Position numbers and translations under genes: made by a program
Part shown: positions 29,609-37,903 of the stretch, in pieces
How positions within the stretch are numbered: position 1 is the first letter of the stretch
Layout of the letters: each line of letters starts with the position of its first letter
Source of the DNA: Dissulfuribacterales bacterium
Lineage (GTDB): Bacteria; Desulfobacterota; Dissulfuribacteria; Dissulfuribacterales; DYLC01
Assembly (NCBI GenBank): GCA_041287365.1
Contig: JBEULL010000004.1
Location: forward strand, 72,353-136,352
Length of the DNA: 64,000 nt
Direction: 5' to 3'
Notes under the pieces: generated by a model
The model's database searches: none
What the model saw: the letters and a program-made list of their open reading frames with translations, nothing else
What the model was told of the DNA's origin: nothing

Positions 29609-31555
29609 ATGAAAAAACGATATCTAACTGTATTGGTTGGTCTTTGTCTTGCCGTGCCTTTTGCTACGCCATGTCTGGCAGCAGATTCCTCAGACAAGCC
29701 CCTGCAGGGCGAGATATCCATCGGAGGCAAGTGGCAGCTGGATGACCTGGATAAACATGAAGGCAAGGCCAAGGGTGGTGCGGAATTCGATAGCACCGCT
29801 GACAAAAATCTGTCGTGGGATACCGGCGCCAAACTGGATTACAGGAGCCCGTCCATAAATTTCGACGTGGATGGTCGCTATAAGGACGGTGATGACCAGA
29901 CCTACGGCGGTAATCTGGATTTGGGTCGTATCATGCTTTACAAGACCAATTACGACCGGTTCATGCACCGCCTGGGCCATGATTATCTGGACAATCTTAC
30001 TGCGCAGATCTTTCGGGCTGCAGGTACTCCTGGTGCACCGGTAGGTCTGCCGTTCCCATGTCCTGATCCCAACAACCCTGCCTTCTGTCAGGCCCTGCCC
30101 GATACAGACCCAAATACCGCTGGCTATCAGAACTCCAGAAGCACCATCGGCGCTGCGGCTGTGTATCACACGGATCACGACCCGTTTGCAGACTATCACA
30201 CTACGCACACCACCTGGGAGAACAGCTTAACCTTCAATGTGCCGCAGTTGCCTGGTCTGCAGGTGGGCTTTGATCACAGACAGGAAAAGCGTAAGGGTTG
30301 TGCGCAGGCCTTGACCACCAGCAAGTGCTCGGCCTGTCACATCGAGTCCTACAGCAAGGGTATAAACGAAGAGACCAATGATTATATGCCAAAGGTGTCG
30401 TTGAAGCTGGAGGCCCTTGCCCTGGAGTACTCCTTCCTGCACAGGGAGTTCAACGACAAGAGCCAGGAGATGATAAACGGCTACAATACATTGACAGCGG
30501 CCCACATAGCCCCGTTCGCTTCAAGTCTGCAGTTCCCAACATACAGTGGGACCACTTTGAATGCGGGTTCGGAGATTTTGCCATTCAGCCGTACGCCGGA
30601 CTCCACCAAGGACAGCCATACCCTGAAGGGTCGCTATGACATCGATGCCAACAACACCGTGATAGCCGGGATAGTCTATTCCAAGAGCACCAATACTCAG
30701 ACAGACGGCGCTTACAGCCCACTTTACGGCGAGTTCGGCAAGGACCTGGAGCTGGACAGCACAGCTATGATGGCCAAGTGGCACAGTCGTCTGTCTTCTA
30801 CTGTGAGTCTGAACCTGTTTGGCAAGTATCAGACCATGAATAATGACAATGTCGGCATAGATATAAACGATGCCGCCTTGCACAACAAGTATAAAAACGA
30901 GCCGGGAGATCTGTGGGACTTCACTCGTCAGTCCGCCTATGACATGGATATCCTCACTATGGGGGCTGACATGTCCTGGAAGTTGGTCAAGGGCATAACC
31001 TTAAAGGGAGGCTATGAGTATAAGAGGGATAATCGCAAGAACGCCGATCTTCTGAATGTGCCGGAGACCACGGATGAGCATACCATAAAGTTGGGCGGTG
31101 ACTGGCGTATCAATCGCACTATGAAGTGGGCATTGGGTTACAAAGGTCAGTTCGTGAGCCATCCCTATGCCTATAAAAACGCCGTGTGTACTCCGTGGGG
31201 CAGTTTCGGTCAGTATGCAGGGCCTGCCTCTGATGGTGCGGATTACTATAGAAGCTATGGACCAACCATCTATGACGCCCGCACAGGCACTCGTTCCAAC
31301 CTGCCCAATCAGGCCCATGAGTTCAGCCTGAAAGGGAACTTTATGCCCATGAAGACCCTGTCCGCCAATCTGTATGGAAAGTACAGAACTGCCAAAAACG
31401 ACGATGTTAGCGGCAACGACTGGCAGCAGGACCTCTTCACCGGCGGCCTGAATCTGGTGCTTACGCCGTTTGAAAAGCTCGTATTCACTGCTGGTTATAA
31501 CTATTTCTATGATACATATGACTCGATGTATTGTATCGCCCTCTATGATGGGTGA
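29609..31555 (+). CDS. MtrB/PioB-family outer-membrane beta-barrel protein, N-terminal 648-codon segment ending at an in-frame TGA
   Basis: Signal peptide ending CLA-AD. Long alternating Tyr/Gly/Asp-rich strand pattern. It sits directly downstream of the decaheme gene, as in mtrAB/pioAB. The segment lacks a C-terminal aromatic residue. Confidence 0.8.
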   Translation: MKKRYLTVLVGLCLAVPFATPCLAADSSDKPLQGEISIGGKWQLDDLDKHEGKAKGGAEFDSTADKNLSWDTGAKLDYRSPSINFDVDGRYKDGDDQTYGGNLDLGRIMLYKTNYDRFMHRLGHDYLDNLTAQIFRAAGTPGAPVGLPFPCPDPNNPAFCQALPDTDPNTAGYQNSRSTIGAAAVYHTDHDPFADYHTTHTTWENSLTFNVPQLPGLQVGFDHRQEKRKGCAQALTTSKCSACHIESYSKGINEETNDYMPKVSLKLEALALEYSFLHREFNDKSQEMINGYNTLTAAHIAPFASSLQFPTYSGTTLNAGSEILPFSRTPDSTKDSHTLKGRYDIDANNTVIAGIVYSKSTNTQTDGAYSPLYGEFGKDLELDSTAMMAKWHSRLSSTVSLNLFGKYQTMNNDNVGIDINDAALHNKYKNEPGDLWDFTRQSAYDMDILTMGADMSWKLVKGITLKGGYEYKRDNRKNADLLNVPETTDEHTIKLGGDWRINRTMKWALGYKGQFVSHPYAYKNAVCTPWGSFGQYAGPASDGADYYRSYGPTIYDARTGTRSNLPNQAHEFSLKGNFMPMKTLSANLYGKYRTAKNDDVSGNDWQQDLFTGGLNLVLTPFEKLVFTAGYNYFYDTYDSMYCIALYDG

Positions 31556-31606
31556 GCTAACTTCATCACAACGAACCAGTTTGGTTCGGCACACACTAAG
31601 ATGGAG
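31556..31606 (+). promoter_or_regulatory. SECIS-like extended hairpin immediately 3' of the in-frame TGA
   Basis: Upper stem CGAACCA (31572-31578) pairs with TGGTTCG (31582-31588) around loop GTT. Lower stem CTTCATC (31561-31567) pairs with GATGGAG (31600-31606), with one G-U pair. There are 23 nt between the TGA and the apical loop. Confidence 0.35.
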
Positions 31607-32014
31607 TATGAGACCGAGGCTCACACCTTTATGCTGGGCGCAAGCCTGAAGCCCATGGCAAAGCTGTCCTTCAATCTCACTGGCAGCTATACCAAGGGCA
31701 CTGGTAACATCTCCGAGTTGAGCTTCGCTCACATGGAGACCAGCGACGTGAAGCTTTCTTACAACGTGAGCGCACTCAATCCTAATCAGATCTATCTCTA
31801 TGATACCGCATACATAAACGGCATTTCAGCCTATTCCAATGCGGATTTCAAAGAGATGGACTTGACTTTGGGCGTGGCCTACAGGCTCACCAAACAGATG
31901 GGTATCGGCTTGAACTACTATTATACGGATTATCAGGACGATGCACCTTATGTTTACAGGGATGAGAGTAATACACTTCAGTCGCTGGTGGGTTATCTGA
32001 CCTACAGCTTCTAA
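31601..32014 (+). CDS. C-terminal segment of the same MtrB/PioB-like barrel, in frame with 29609-31555 (not an independent gene)
   Basis: Same reading frame. No stop codon between 31556 and 32011. No signal peptide. It ends ...LVGYLTYSF, the typical OMP C-terminal Phe. The combined length is 801 codons. Confidence 0.7.
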   Translation: MEYETEAHTFMLGASLKPMAKLSFNLTGSYTKGTGNISELSFAHMETSDVKLSYNVSALNPNQIYLYDTAYINGISAYSNADFKEMDLTLGVAYRLTKQMGIGLNYYYTDYQDDAPYVYRDESNTLQSLVGYLTYSF

Positions 32015-32048
32015 TGCAAATCTTAAAAAAACACATTTGAATTCAGAA

Positions 32049-32081
32049 GGGGGCGCATGCACTGTGCCCCCAATTTTATTT
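32049..32081 (+). terminator. Intrinsic terminator after the porin gene
   Basis: GGGGGCGCA (32049-32057) pairs with TGTGCCCCC (32063-32071) around a 5-nt loop, followed by AATTTTATTT. Confidence 0.7.
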
Positions 32082-32173
32082 CATACACATTCACACTGCC
32101 TCAAATTAGAGTTTTTTTAAAATGGTTACAAGATGTATAGTTCCTGTGCCGAGACAGGGCAATACCTGGCCAG

Positions 32174-32211
32174 TATAGAACTGCCCAGTGATCTGGTAGC
32201 ACAATTGTCAG
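32174..32211 (+). repeat. 38-bp direct repeat, copy 1
   Basis: TATAGAACTGCCCAGTGATCTGGTAGCACAATTGTCAG is identical to copy 2. Confidence 0.95.
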
Positions 32212-32248
32212 CTTTTATTTTGTGATTGAGGGGCTATAATTCATAAAA

Positions 32249-32286
32249 TATAGAACTGCCCAGTGATCTGGTAGCACAATTGTCAG
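32249..32286 (+). repeat. 38-bp direct repeat, copy 2
   Basis: Identical 38-mer, 75 bp downstream of copy 1 (start to start). Confidence 0.95.
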
Positions 32287-32317
32287 GCTTTTAAGCTAAC
32301 ATTTTTAGATGGTTATG

Positions 32318-32363
32318 AACACAGCCCGGTCATGTTTCCCTTTATATATGACCGGGCTGTGTT
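32318..32363 (+). other. Perfect 16-bp inverted repeat (hairpin) with a 14-nt loop
   Basis: AACACAGCCCGGTCAT (32318-32333) pairs with ATGACCGGGCTGTGTT (32348-32363), followed by GTTTAT. It lies inside the 5' end of the ORF-track ORF 32309-33712. Confidence 0.85.
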
Positions 32364-32374
32364 GTTTATGGTGT

Positions 32375-33712
32375 ATGATGCCACGTAGGTTGTGTCTTAT
32401 TGTGTTGTGTGTGTTGTTGCAGTCTTGTTTTTCTTCGATTGTATTTGCCAATACCTCCGTCACACTGAATTTTGATGCCTCGGCAAGGGTTTTGCGGCCT
32501 GGGAATAACTTTACCCTGGCCTTACACGTCTCAAATGCTGTAGTTACTCAGGCGGACCTATACCTGGCAGTTTCGACGAAAGCAAGTGGTCTAATTTTTT
32601 TGTCAAAGGACCTGCATTCATCAAGTTCGACTCCGGTCATATTTCAATCCGTGAAGAATCTGCAACCAAATGAAGTATTGCTGCTTCTTTCTGGAGTGCT
32701 GCCATCAGAGGCAGTGCCGGACGAATACACGTTTTTTGCGGTTTTGACTAAAAAAGGGGCCTTGCCGTTAAATGATACAAGTTGGGTCAGCAATCTGGCC
32801 GTGCAACAAATCGTTCTGACTTATCTGCCACTCACGCCTTATGAGTTGGTGGATGAGCCGTACCTGTTTCCTGTTCGGCTCCCTGATAAGGATGCCATGG
32901 GTTATCTGCCTTTGAATCGTTGGGATATCATGTTCATGGGCGAGGTTTTGGACGACCCTTCTACGCCTCAAAACGAGGCATTGATCAGCCAGATCATACC
33001 CGGGCTCTTCAATCACATAGCTGTCTATCTCGGAAGGGATAAGGATGGTCAGGCCTACGGCATGGAGATGAGTCCGGATTTTACGCATAGAAGTCATGAA
33101 CTGCGCCTGATTCGTCTTCCTGAATACTATGAGCTGGCGGTGCCTGTGGAAGAAGATACAGGCGAGCCCGTGCAGAATAAAAATCTTGTGCGATATACCG
33201 CCAGATGGGCCAAGCGATTTGCAGCAGAACCATTGGCCCAAATAACGGCAGCGGAGGAGCGGCTTTTTGCCCAAATACAGGCAAATATGGAAGTGAATCT
33301 GCCGTATCAGATGGAGTATTACTGGTCAGGCAGTCTTTTTGACAGGGCCATATATATCGTGGACGACGGCCTGAAAAACGGCGCTAACTGCACGGATTAC
33401 TGGCTGTCCGTGTTTGAGGAGATAGCTGGTATCTGTTTCAATGGAGTGCGTATGAACGCTCAAGAGGCCAAGGTATATTTTCAGACTGATCCTGTGGAAT
33501 CCAATGTCTATATACCGGATTTTCTCAATCCATTTCCGACACCACTAAAGATATCGGATCTGTTTTCACTGGGTTTTTACCTGGTGGAACCGCCACCTCA
33601 TGTATTTGTATGTGATGGTAGTGAGGAGGTTGGCTTGCCTCTTCCCGATAAGGTCTTTGCCTCACATCTGCTGGTGGATATCCCCATACCATTTTGCGCT
33701 ATAAGGCTTTGA
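32375..33712 (+). CDS. Secreted hypothetical protein, possible permuted NlpC/P60 (YiiX-like) domain in the C-terminal half
   Basis: The start is preferred at ATG 32375, which gives a classical signal peptide MMPRRLCLIVLCVLLQSCFSSIVFA-N. The His-then-Cys order (FNHIAVYLG ... ANCTDYWLSVFEE) recalls permuted papain-like amidases. The domain call is weak. Confidence 0.55.
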   Translation: MMPRRLCLIVLCVLLQSCFSSIVFANTSVTLNFDASARVLRPGNNFTLALHVSNAVVTQADLYLAVSTKASGLIFLSKDLHSSSSTPVIFQSVKNLQPNEVLLLLSGVLPSEAVPDEYTFFAVLTKKGALPLNDTSWVSNLAVQQIVLTYLPLTPYELVDEPYLFPVRLPDKDAMGYLPLNRWDIMFMGEVLDDPSTPQNEALISQIIPGLFNHIAVYLGRDKDGQAYGMEMSPDFTHRSHELRLIRLPEYYELAVPVEEDTGEPVQNKNLVRYTARWAKRFAAEPLAQITAAEERLFAQIQANMEVNLPYQMEYYWSGSLFDRAIYIVDDGLKNGANCTDYWLSVFEEIAGICFNGVRMNAQEAKVYFQTDPVESNVYIPDFLNPFPTPLKISDLFSLGFYLVEPPPHVFVCDGSEEVGLPLPDKVFASHLLVDIPIPFCAIRL

Positions 33713-33801
33713 GTCCGAATCGTTTGCCGTTTTGTCTGCGTCGCATCTTGATATGACTGGCTTGAGATATCCTGTTTTGAGGCTGGCTGATTTGTTTGCT
33801 T

Positions 33802-34929
33802 CTATTTTTCCAGCGCCTCTTTAATGGCTTTCACCACCACTTCTTGTTCTTGTATCAGCATAAATGGGTGTATTGGCAGGGATAACACCTCTTGTGCCGC
33901 CTTTTCTGCATTGGGCAGAGTCCCTACCGGAATATTCAAATGGGCACAGGCCGGCTGCATGTGTAAAGGCGTGGGATAGTGTATGGCGGTGGGTATCCCT
34001 TGTTTCTTTAGATGTTCGACCACCTGAGGCCTTTTGGCGTCGGGGATACGAATGGTGTATTGAGCAAACACACTTGTCCTGTCAGGTTTGATATGAGGTA
34101 ATTGTATGTCGGGCAAGGCTTGTTGGAATAGGGAATTATAGGTCATGGCCCTTTCCTGTCTGCGCGCTATCTCTTTTGGAAAATGAGTGAATTTGGTCAG
34201 CAGAACAGCCGCCTGTATGGCATCCAGCCTGGCATTGAGACCGATTGTACTGTGTAAGTAATGTTGTTTTTGTCCATGAACCCTCAATGCACAGAGTTCA
34301 TCTGCCAATACAGGGTCATTGGTGAAGATCATTCCGCCTTCTCCATAGGCACCAAGGGGTTTGGATGGAAAAAAGGATGTGACCCCCATGAGGCTCAGGC
34401 CGCACGATTTTCGATTTTTATAGGTAGCTCCAAAGGATTGGCAGGCATCCTCGATAACAGGTATGCTTGCTCCTTTTGCGATGTCGCCAATCTCATCCAT
34501 ATCAGCACACTGACCATAGAGACTTACAGGCAAAATGGCCTTGGGTTGTTCACCCTTCTCTTTACAGAGTTCGATTACATGGTTTAGGTGGGCCGAATCC
34601 ATATTGTATGTTAGAGGATCTATATCAACAAAAATTGGTTTTGCCCCCAAAAGCAGAATCGCTTCAACAGTGGCAAAAAATGAAAAAGGTGTCGTGACGA
34701 CCGTATCGTTTGGCCCGATTCCTATGGCCATCAAGGCCAAAAGCAGACCATCTGTGCCCGACCCCACTCCAATGGCCTTCTGTACCCCTGTAAAAGCTGC
34801 AAGAGAGGTTTCCAGTTCTTCGAGTACAGGGCCGAGTATGAAGACTCCGCTTTCCAACACATCAGCTATGGCATCGTCGATTTCCTTTTTGTATGCCTGA
34901 TATTGCCTGTTTAAGTCTATAAATTTCAT
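33802..34929 (-). CDS. DegT/DnrJ/EryC1/StrS-family sugar aminotransferase (ArnB-like)
   Basis: N-terminal MKFIDLNRQY and PLP-Lys context SFFPSKPLGAYGEGG. The start ATG overlaps the ispG stop (TAATG). The ORF track extends 18 codons further. Confidence 0.9.
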   Translation of the reverse strand: MKFIDLNRQYQAYKKEIDDAIADVLESGVFILGPVLEELETSLAAFTGVQKAIGVGSGTDGLLLALMAIGIGPNDTVVTTPFSFFATVEAILLLGAKPIFVDIDPLTYNMDSAHLNHVIELCKEKGEQPKAILPVSLYGQCADMDEIGDIAKGASIPVIEDACQSFGATYKNRKSCGLSLMGVTSFFPSKPLGAYGEGGMIFTNDPVLADELCALRVHGQKQHYLHSTIGLNARLDAIQAAVLLTKFTHFPKEIARRQERAMTYNSLFQQALPDIQLPHIKPDRTSVFAQYTIRIPDAKRPQVVEHLKKQGIPTAIHYPTPLHMQPACAHLNIPVGTLPNAEKAAQEVLSLPIHPFMLIQEQEVVVKAIKEALEK

Positions 34930-36044
34930 TATGTTTCCCTTTTCTCCATCTTTTCTTGTGCTATTTTTTCCACTTCCTCCCAAAATACATTCAATAGCCG
35001 GGATGCCTCCACCTTTTGCAATATCTTTTCTCCTCGGAATATGATGCCCACACCTTTTCCGCCTGCCAGGCCGATATCCGCCTCTCTGGCCTCACCAGGA
35101 CCGTTTACCACACAGCCCATTACTGCGATTTTGATGGGTGTAGTCAGCAATCTGGCACGTCGTTCCACCTCTTCAGCTATACTAAACAGGTTTATTTCGC
35201 AGCGGCCGCAGGTGGGGCATGAAATGATTTCCGGGCCTCGATGACGCAGCCCTACGGCCCTTAGTATCTCATATGCCACCTGTATTTCATCCAACGGATC
35301 CCTGGTCAGGGATACTCGAAAGGTATCGCCTATCCCTTCCATCAACAGCGTCCCGATGGCAATGCTGCTCTTCACTGTTCCCGCTATGAGTCCTCCTGCC
35401 TCGGTAACCCCGAGGTGTAAGGGGAAATCGGTCTGTTGCGAGAGCAGACGATATGCCTGTATGGTGTTGAGACAATCCGAAGACTTGATGGAGATTTTGA
35501 GCTGATCGTGTCCCATATTCAAAATAGTCTTCAAATTTCTTAAAGCGCTTTCCACCAGGGCCTCGGGTGTGGGGCCACCATGCTTGATGCGGATGTCTTT
35601 TTCAAGAGAGCCTGAATTCACTCCGATACGAATGGGGATATTCCGCATCCTGGCCTTTGCCACAACTTTTGCGAGTTTTTCATGGCCTCCGATGTTCCCT
35701 GGATTGATGCGAATGCCGTCGGCCCCTGCCTCCATGGCCGCCACAGCCAGCCGCCAGTCAAAATGTATATCTGCGATAACAGGGATGAAAATGGCCTTTT
35801 TGATGGCCCTCAAGGCATGAGCTGCCTCCATGTCAGGGATGGCCACTCGAATGATTTCACACCCAACATCCTGAAGAGCCTTGATCTGTGTGACCGTCTT
35901 AGAGATATCCCGTGTGTCCGTATTGGTCATGGATTGGACTACAACGGGATGACAGCCACCTATTGGGACATCGCCTACGTGAATAACCCTGGTTTTGCGA
36001 AAAAGTTTTTGGGGTTGCATGGCGGAATAATAAGCCTTTTCCAT
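34929..36044 (-). CDS. ispG: 4-hydroxy-3-methylbut-2-en-1-yl diphosphate synthase IspG (GcpE)
   Basis: Blocks VVVQSMTNTDT, RVAIPD, IRINPGNIG, CPTCGRC and AVMGCVVNGPGEA. Confidence 0.95.
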   Translation of the reverse strand: MEKAYYSAMQPQKLFRKTRVIHVGDVPIGGCHPVVVQSMTNTDTRDISKTVTQIKALQDVGCEIIRVAIPDMEAAHALRAIKKAIFIPVIADIHFDWRLAVAAMEAGADGIRINPGNIGGHEKLAKVVAKARMRNIPIRIGVNSGSLEKDIRIKHGGPTPEALVESALRNLKTILNMGHDQLKISIKSSDCLNTIQAYRLLSQQTDFPLHLGVTEAGGLIAGTVKSSIAIGTLLMEGIGDTFRVSLTRDPLDEIQVAYEILRAVGLRHRGPEIISCPTCGRCEINLFSIAEEVERRARLLTTPIKIAVMGCVVNGPGEAREADIGLAGGKGVGIIFRGEKILQKVEASRLLNVFWEEVEKIAQEKMEKRET

Positions 36045-36218
36045 AAAAAGGGCAATTCTATTTGCCTAATGGAGACCTTGAAAAATGGTCATTTGATTTG
36101 GCTGGTACAGTCGTTCGGCCAAAAGCACTTTTGATTTTTCGCGGTTACTCAATGTTGAATTCATATGGATGCCATAAAAGATAGATTTTTAAGGCAGGAG
36201 GCATGCCGTTTAATAAGT

Positions 36219-36260
36219 GAGGCAGATATGGAGTCAACCCCTTGCCCCCACATCTGCCTC
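36219..36260 (-). terminator. Hairpin between serA and ispG (possible terminator or processing site)
   Basis: GAGGCAGATATGG (36219-36231) pairs with CCACATCTGCCTC (36248-36260). This is a 13-bp stem with one mismatch and a 16-nt loop. There is no strong U-tract. Confidence 0.35.
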
Positions 36261-36291
36261 AAGGTAATTCTATCGTGGTCTGCGTGACTTA

Positions 36292-37878
36292 TTATAATTC
36301 TATTACTTTTACTCGACTCACACCATCCTGCTTCATAAGGCTCGAAACGATTTCAGGCGTGACTGTCTCATCCGTGGAGAGAAGAATGACATTTCTCTTG
36401 TGGGTGTGGTCCTGCCCAACCTGCATACGGGCGATATTGACATTTGCACTTCCAAGGCACAGCCCGATGCGGCCTATTACGCCGGGCCTATCCTCATTGT
36501 AAATCAGCAACATATGGCCTTCCAAGGCCGCTTCCAGCCTGAAAGCGTTGATGCGCACGATACGTGGTTCTTTTTTGCCGAAAATGGTACCGGCCACCTC
36601 ATTGATGTTACCGTCTTTGGTGCGGACACGAACGGTCAGCAGATTGGTGAATTCATCGGAGGTGACATTTTTGGTCTCGGTCACCTGAATACCCCTGTCC
36701 TTGGCCTGCATCAGGGCATTTACAAAATTGACCTCTTCTTTGAGGATCGGAGTCAACACACCTTTGACCGCGGCTATGGTGATGGGTTTGCTGTCCAGTT
36801 CAGCCAGTTCACCCTGATAGATGATCTGTATCTCCTCCATGGGGCCTGTGGCAAGATTTGTCTGAAAGGCACCAAGTTTCTCTGCCAGGGATAGAAATGG
36901 CCCGATTTTGGCCATGGTTTCGGCGCTTACGGACGGTACATTGACGGCATTACGAATCTCACCCTTGATGAGGTAGTCGGCTATCTGCCTGGCCACTGCA
37001 ACAGCCACGTTTTCCTGGGCCTCCCGAGTGGAGGCACCCAGATGCGGTGTGCAGATAAAATTGTCCAGGGCAAGCAGGGGAGTGCCTTCCACAGATGTGG
37101 GTTCTTTTTCGAACACATCCAGGGCTGCTCCTGCCAGATGGCCCGATACAAGGGCGTCATAGAGGTCTTTTTCGTTTATTATGCCACCGCGAGCACAGTT
37201 TACAATGTATGCGCCCTTCTTCATTTTGGCGAATTTCGAGGCATCGAACATGCCTTTGGTCTCGGGTGTAAGGGGTGTATGAATGGAGATGTAGTCCGCC
37301 TTGGCTAAAAGTTCGTCCAGTTCCATAATGGATACCCCTAACTGTTTGACCATGTCCGGCAGGGCATGAGGGTCATAGGCGATGACCGTCATGCCGAGGC
37401 ACTGGGCGCGCTGGGCCAGAATGCTTCCTATACGGCCTATTCCCACAATCCCAAGGCATTTACCTGCCAGTTCCTGGCCCATGAAACGTTTTTTCTCCCA
37501 TTTGCCTGCCTTCATGGACGCGGTGGCCTGAGGGATGTGGCGTGAAATGGACATGATCATGGCCATAGTATGTTCTGCAGCAGAGTTTGTGTTGCCGCCT
37601 GGCGTATTCATAACCACTATGCCGCGCTTGTTACAGGCCGGAATATTCACATTGTCCAGGCCAGATCCTGCCCTGCCGATCACCTTCAGTTTTTGTGCGG
37701 CAGAGATTATCTCTTCGTTTACTTTGGTGTTGCTGCGGATGATGAGCCCATCGGCGTCAACAATGGCATTCAATAGGTCTTCCTGAGTGATCCCTGGTCG
37801 TTCCTCAATGGTTATGCCGGCCTCTTTCAATATCTCCAGACCCTCTTTTGAGATGGAATCCGTTACCAATACCTTCAT
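36292..37878 (-). CDS. serA: D-3-phosphoglycerate dehydrogenase with C-terminal ACT domain
   Basis: N-terminal [13 protein letters not shown] site [10 protein letters not shown], and a C-terminal ACT region ([18 protein letters not shown]). Start set at ATG 37878; the ORF-track extension overlaps the upstream gene. Confidence 0.9.
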   Translation of the reverse strand: MKVLVTDSISKEGLEILKEAGITIEERPGITQEDLLNAIVDADGLIIRSNTKVNEEIISAAQKLKVIGRAGSGLDNVNIPACNKRGIVVMNTPGGNTNSAAEHTMAMIMSISRHIPQATASMKAGKWEKKRFMGQELAGKCLGIVGIGRIGSILAQRAQCLGMTVIAYDPHALPDMVKQLGVSIMELDELLAKADYISIHTPLTPETKGMFDASKFAKMKKGAYIVNCARGGIINEKDLYDALVSGHLAGAALDVFEKEPTSVEGTPLLALDNFICTPHLGASTREAQENVAVAVARQIADYLIKGEIRNAVNVPSVSAETMAKIGPFLSLAEKLGAFQTNLATGPMEEIQIIYQGELAELDSKPITIAAVKGVLTPILKEEVNFVNALMQAKDRGIQVTETKNVTSDEFTNLLTVRVRTKDGNINEVAGTIFGKKEPRIVRINAFRLEAALEGHMLLIYNEDRPGVIGRIGLCLGSANVNIARMQVGQDHTHKRNVILLSTDETVTPEIVSSLMKQDGVSRVKVIEL

Positions 37879-37903
37879 GTCAGTTATCCTTTCCAATATC
37901 GAT

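Noticed and set aside
28576-29832. 418-aa minus-strand ORF covering the decaheme cytochrome gene
   Set aside because: It is antisense to a CDS with ten CxxCH motifs and a strong RBS. The translation looks like frame noise (rich in His, Cys, Gly and Thr).
30326-30340. CSACH in the porin read as a definite heme-binding site
   Set aside because: A single CxxCH can occur by chance, and beta-barrel porins are not known heme proteins. I kept it as a note inside the conduit finding, not as a feature.
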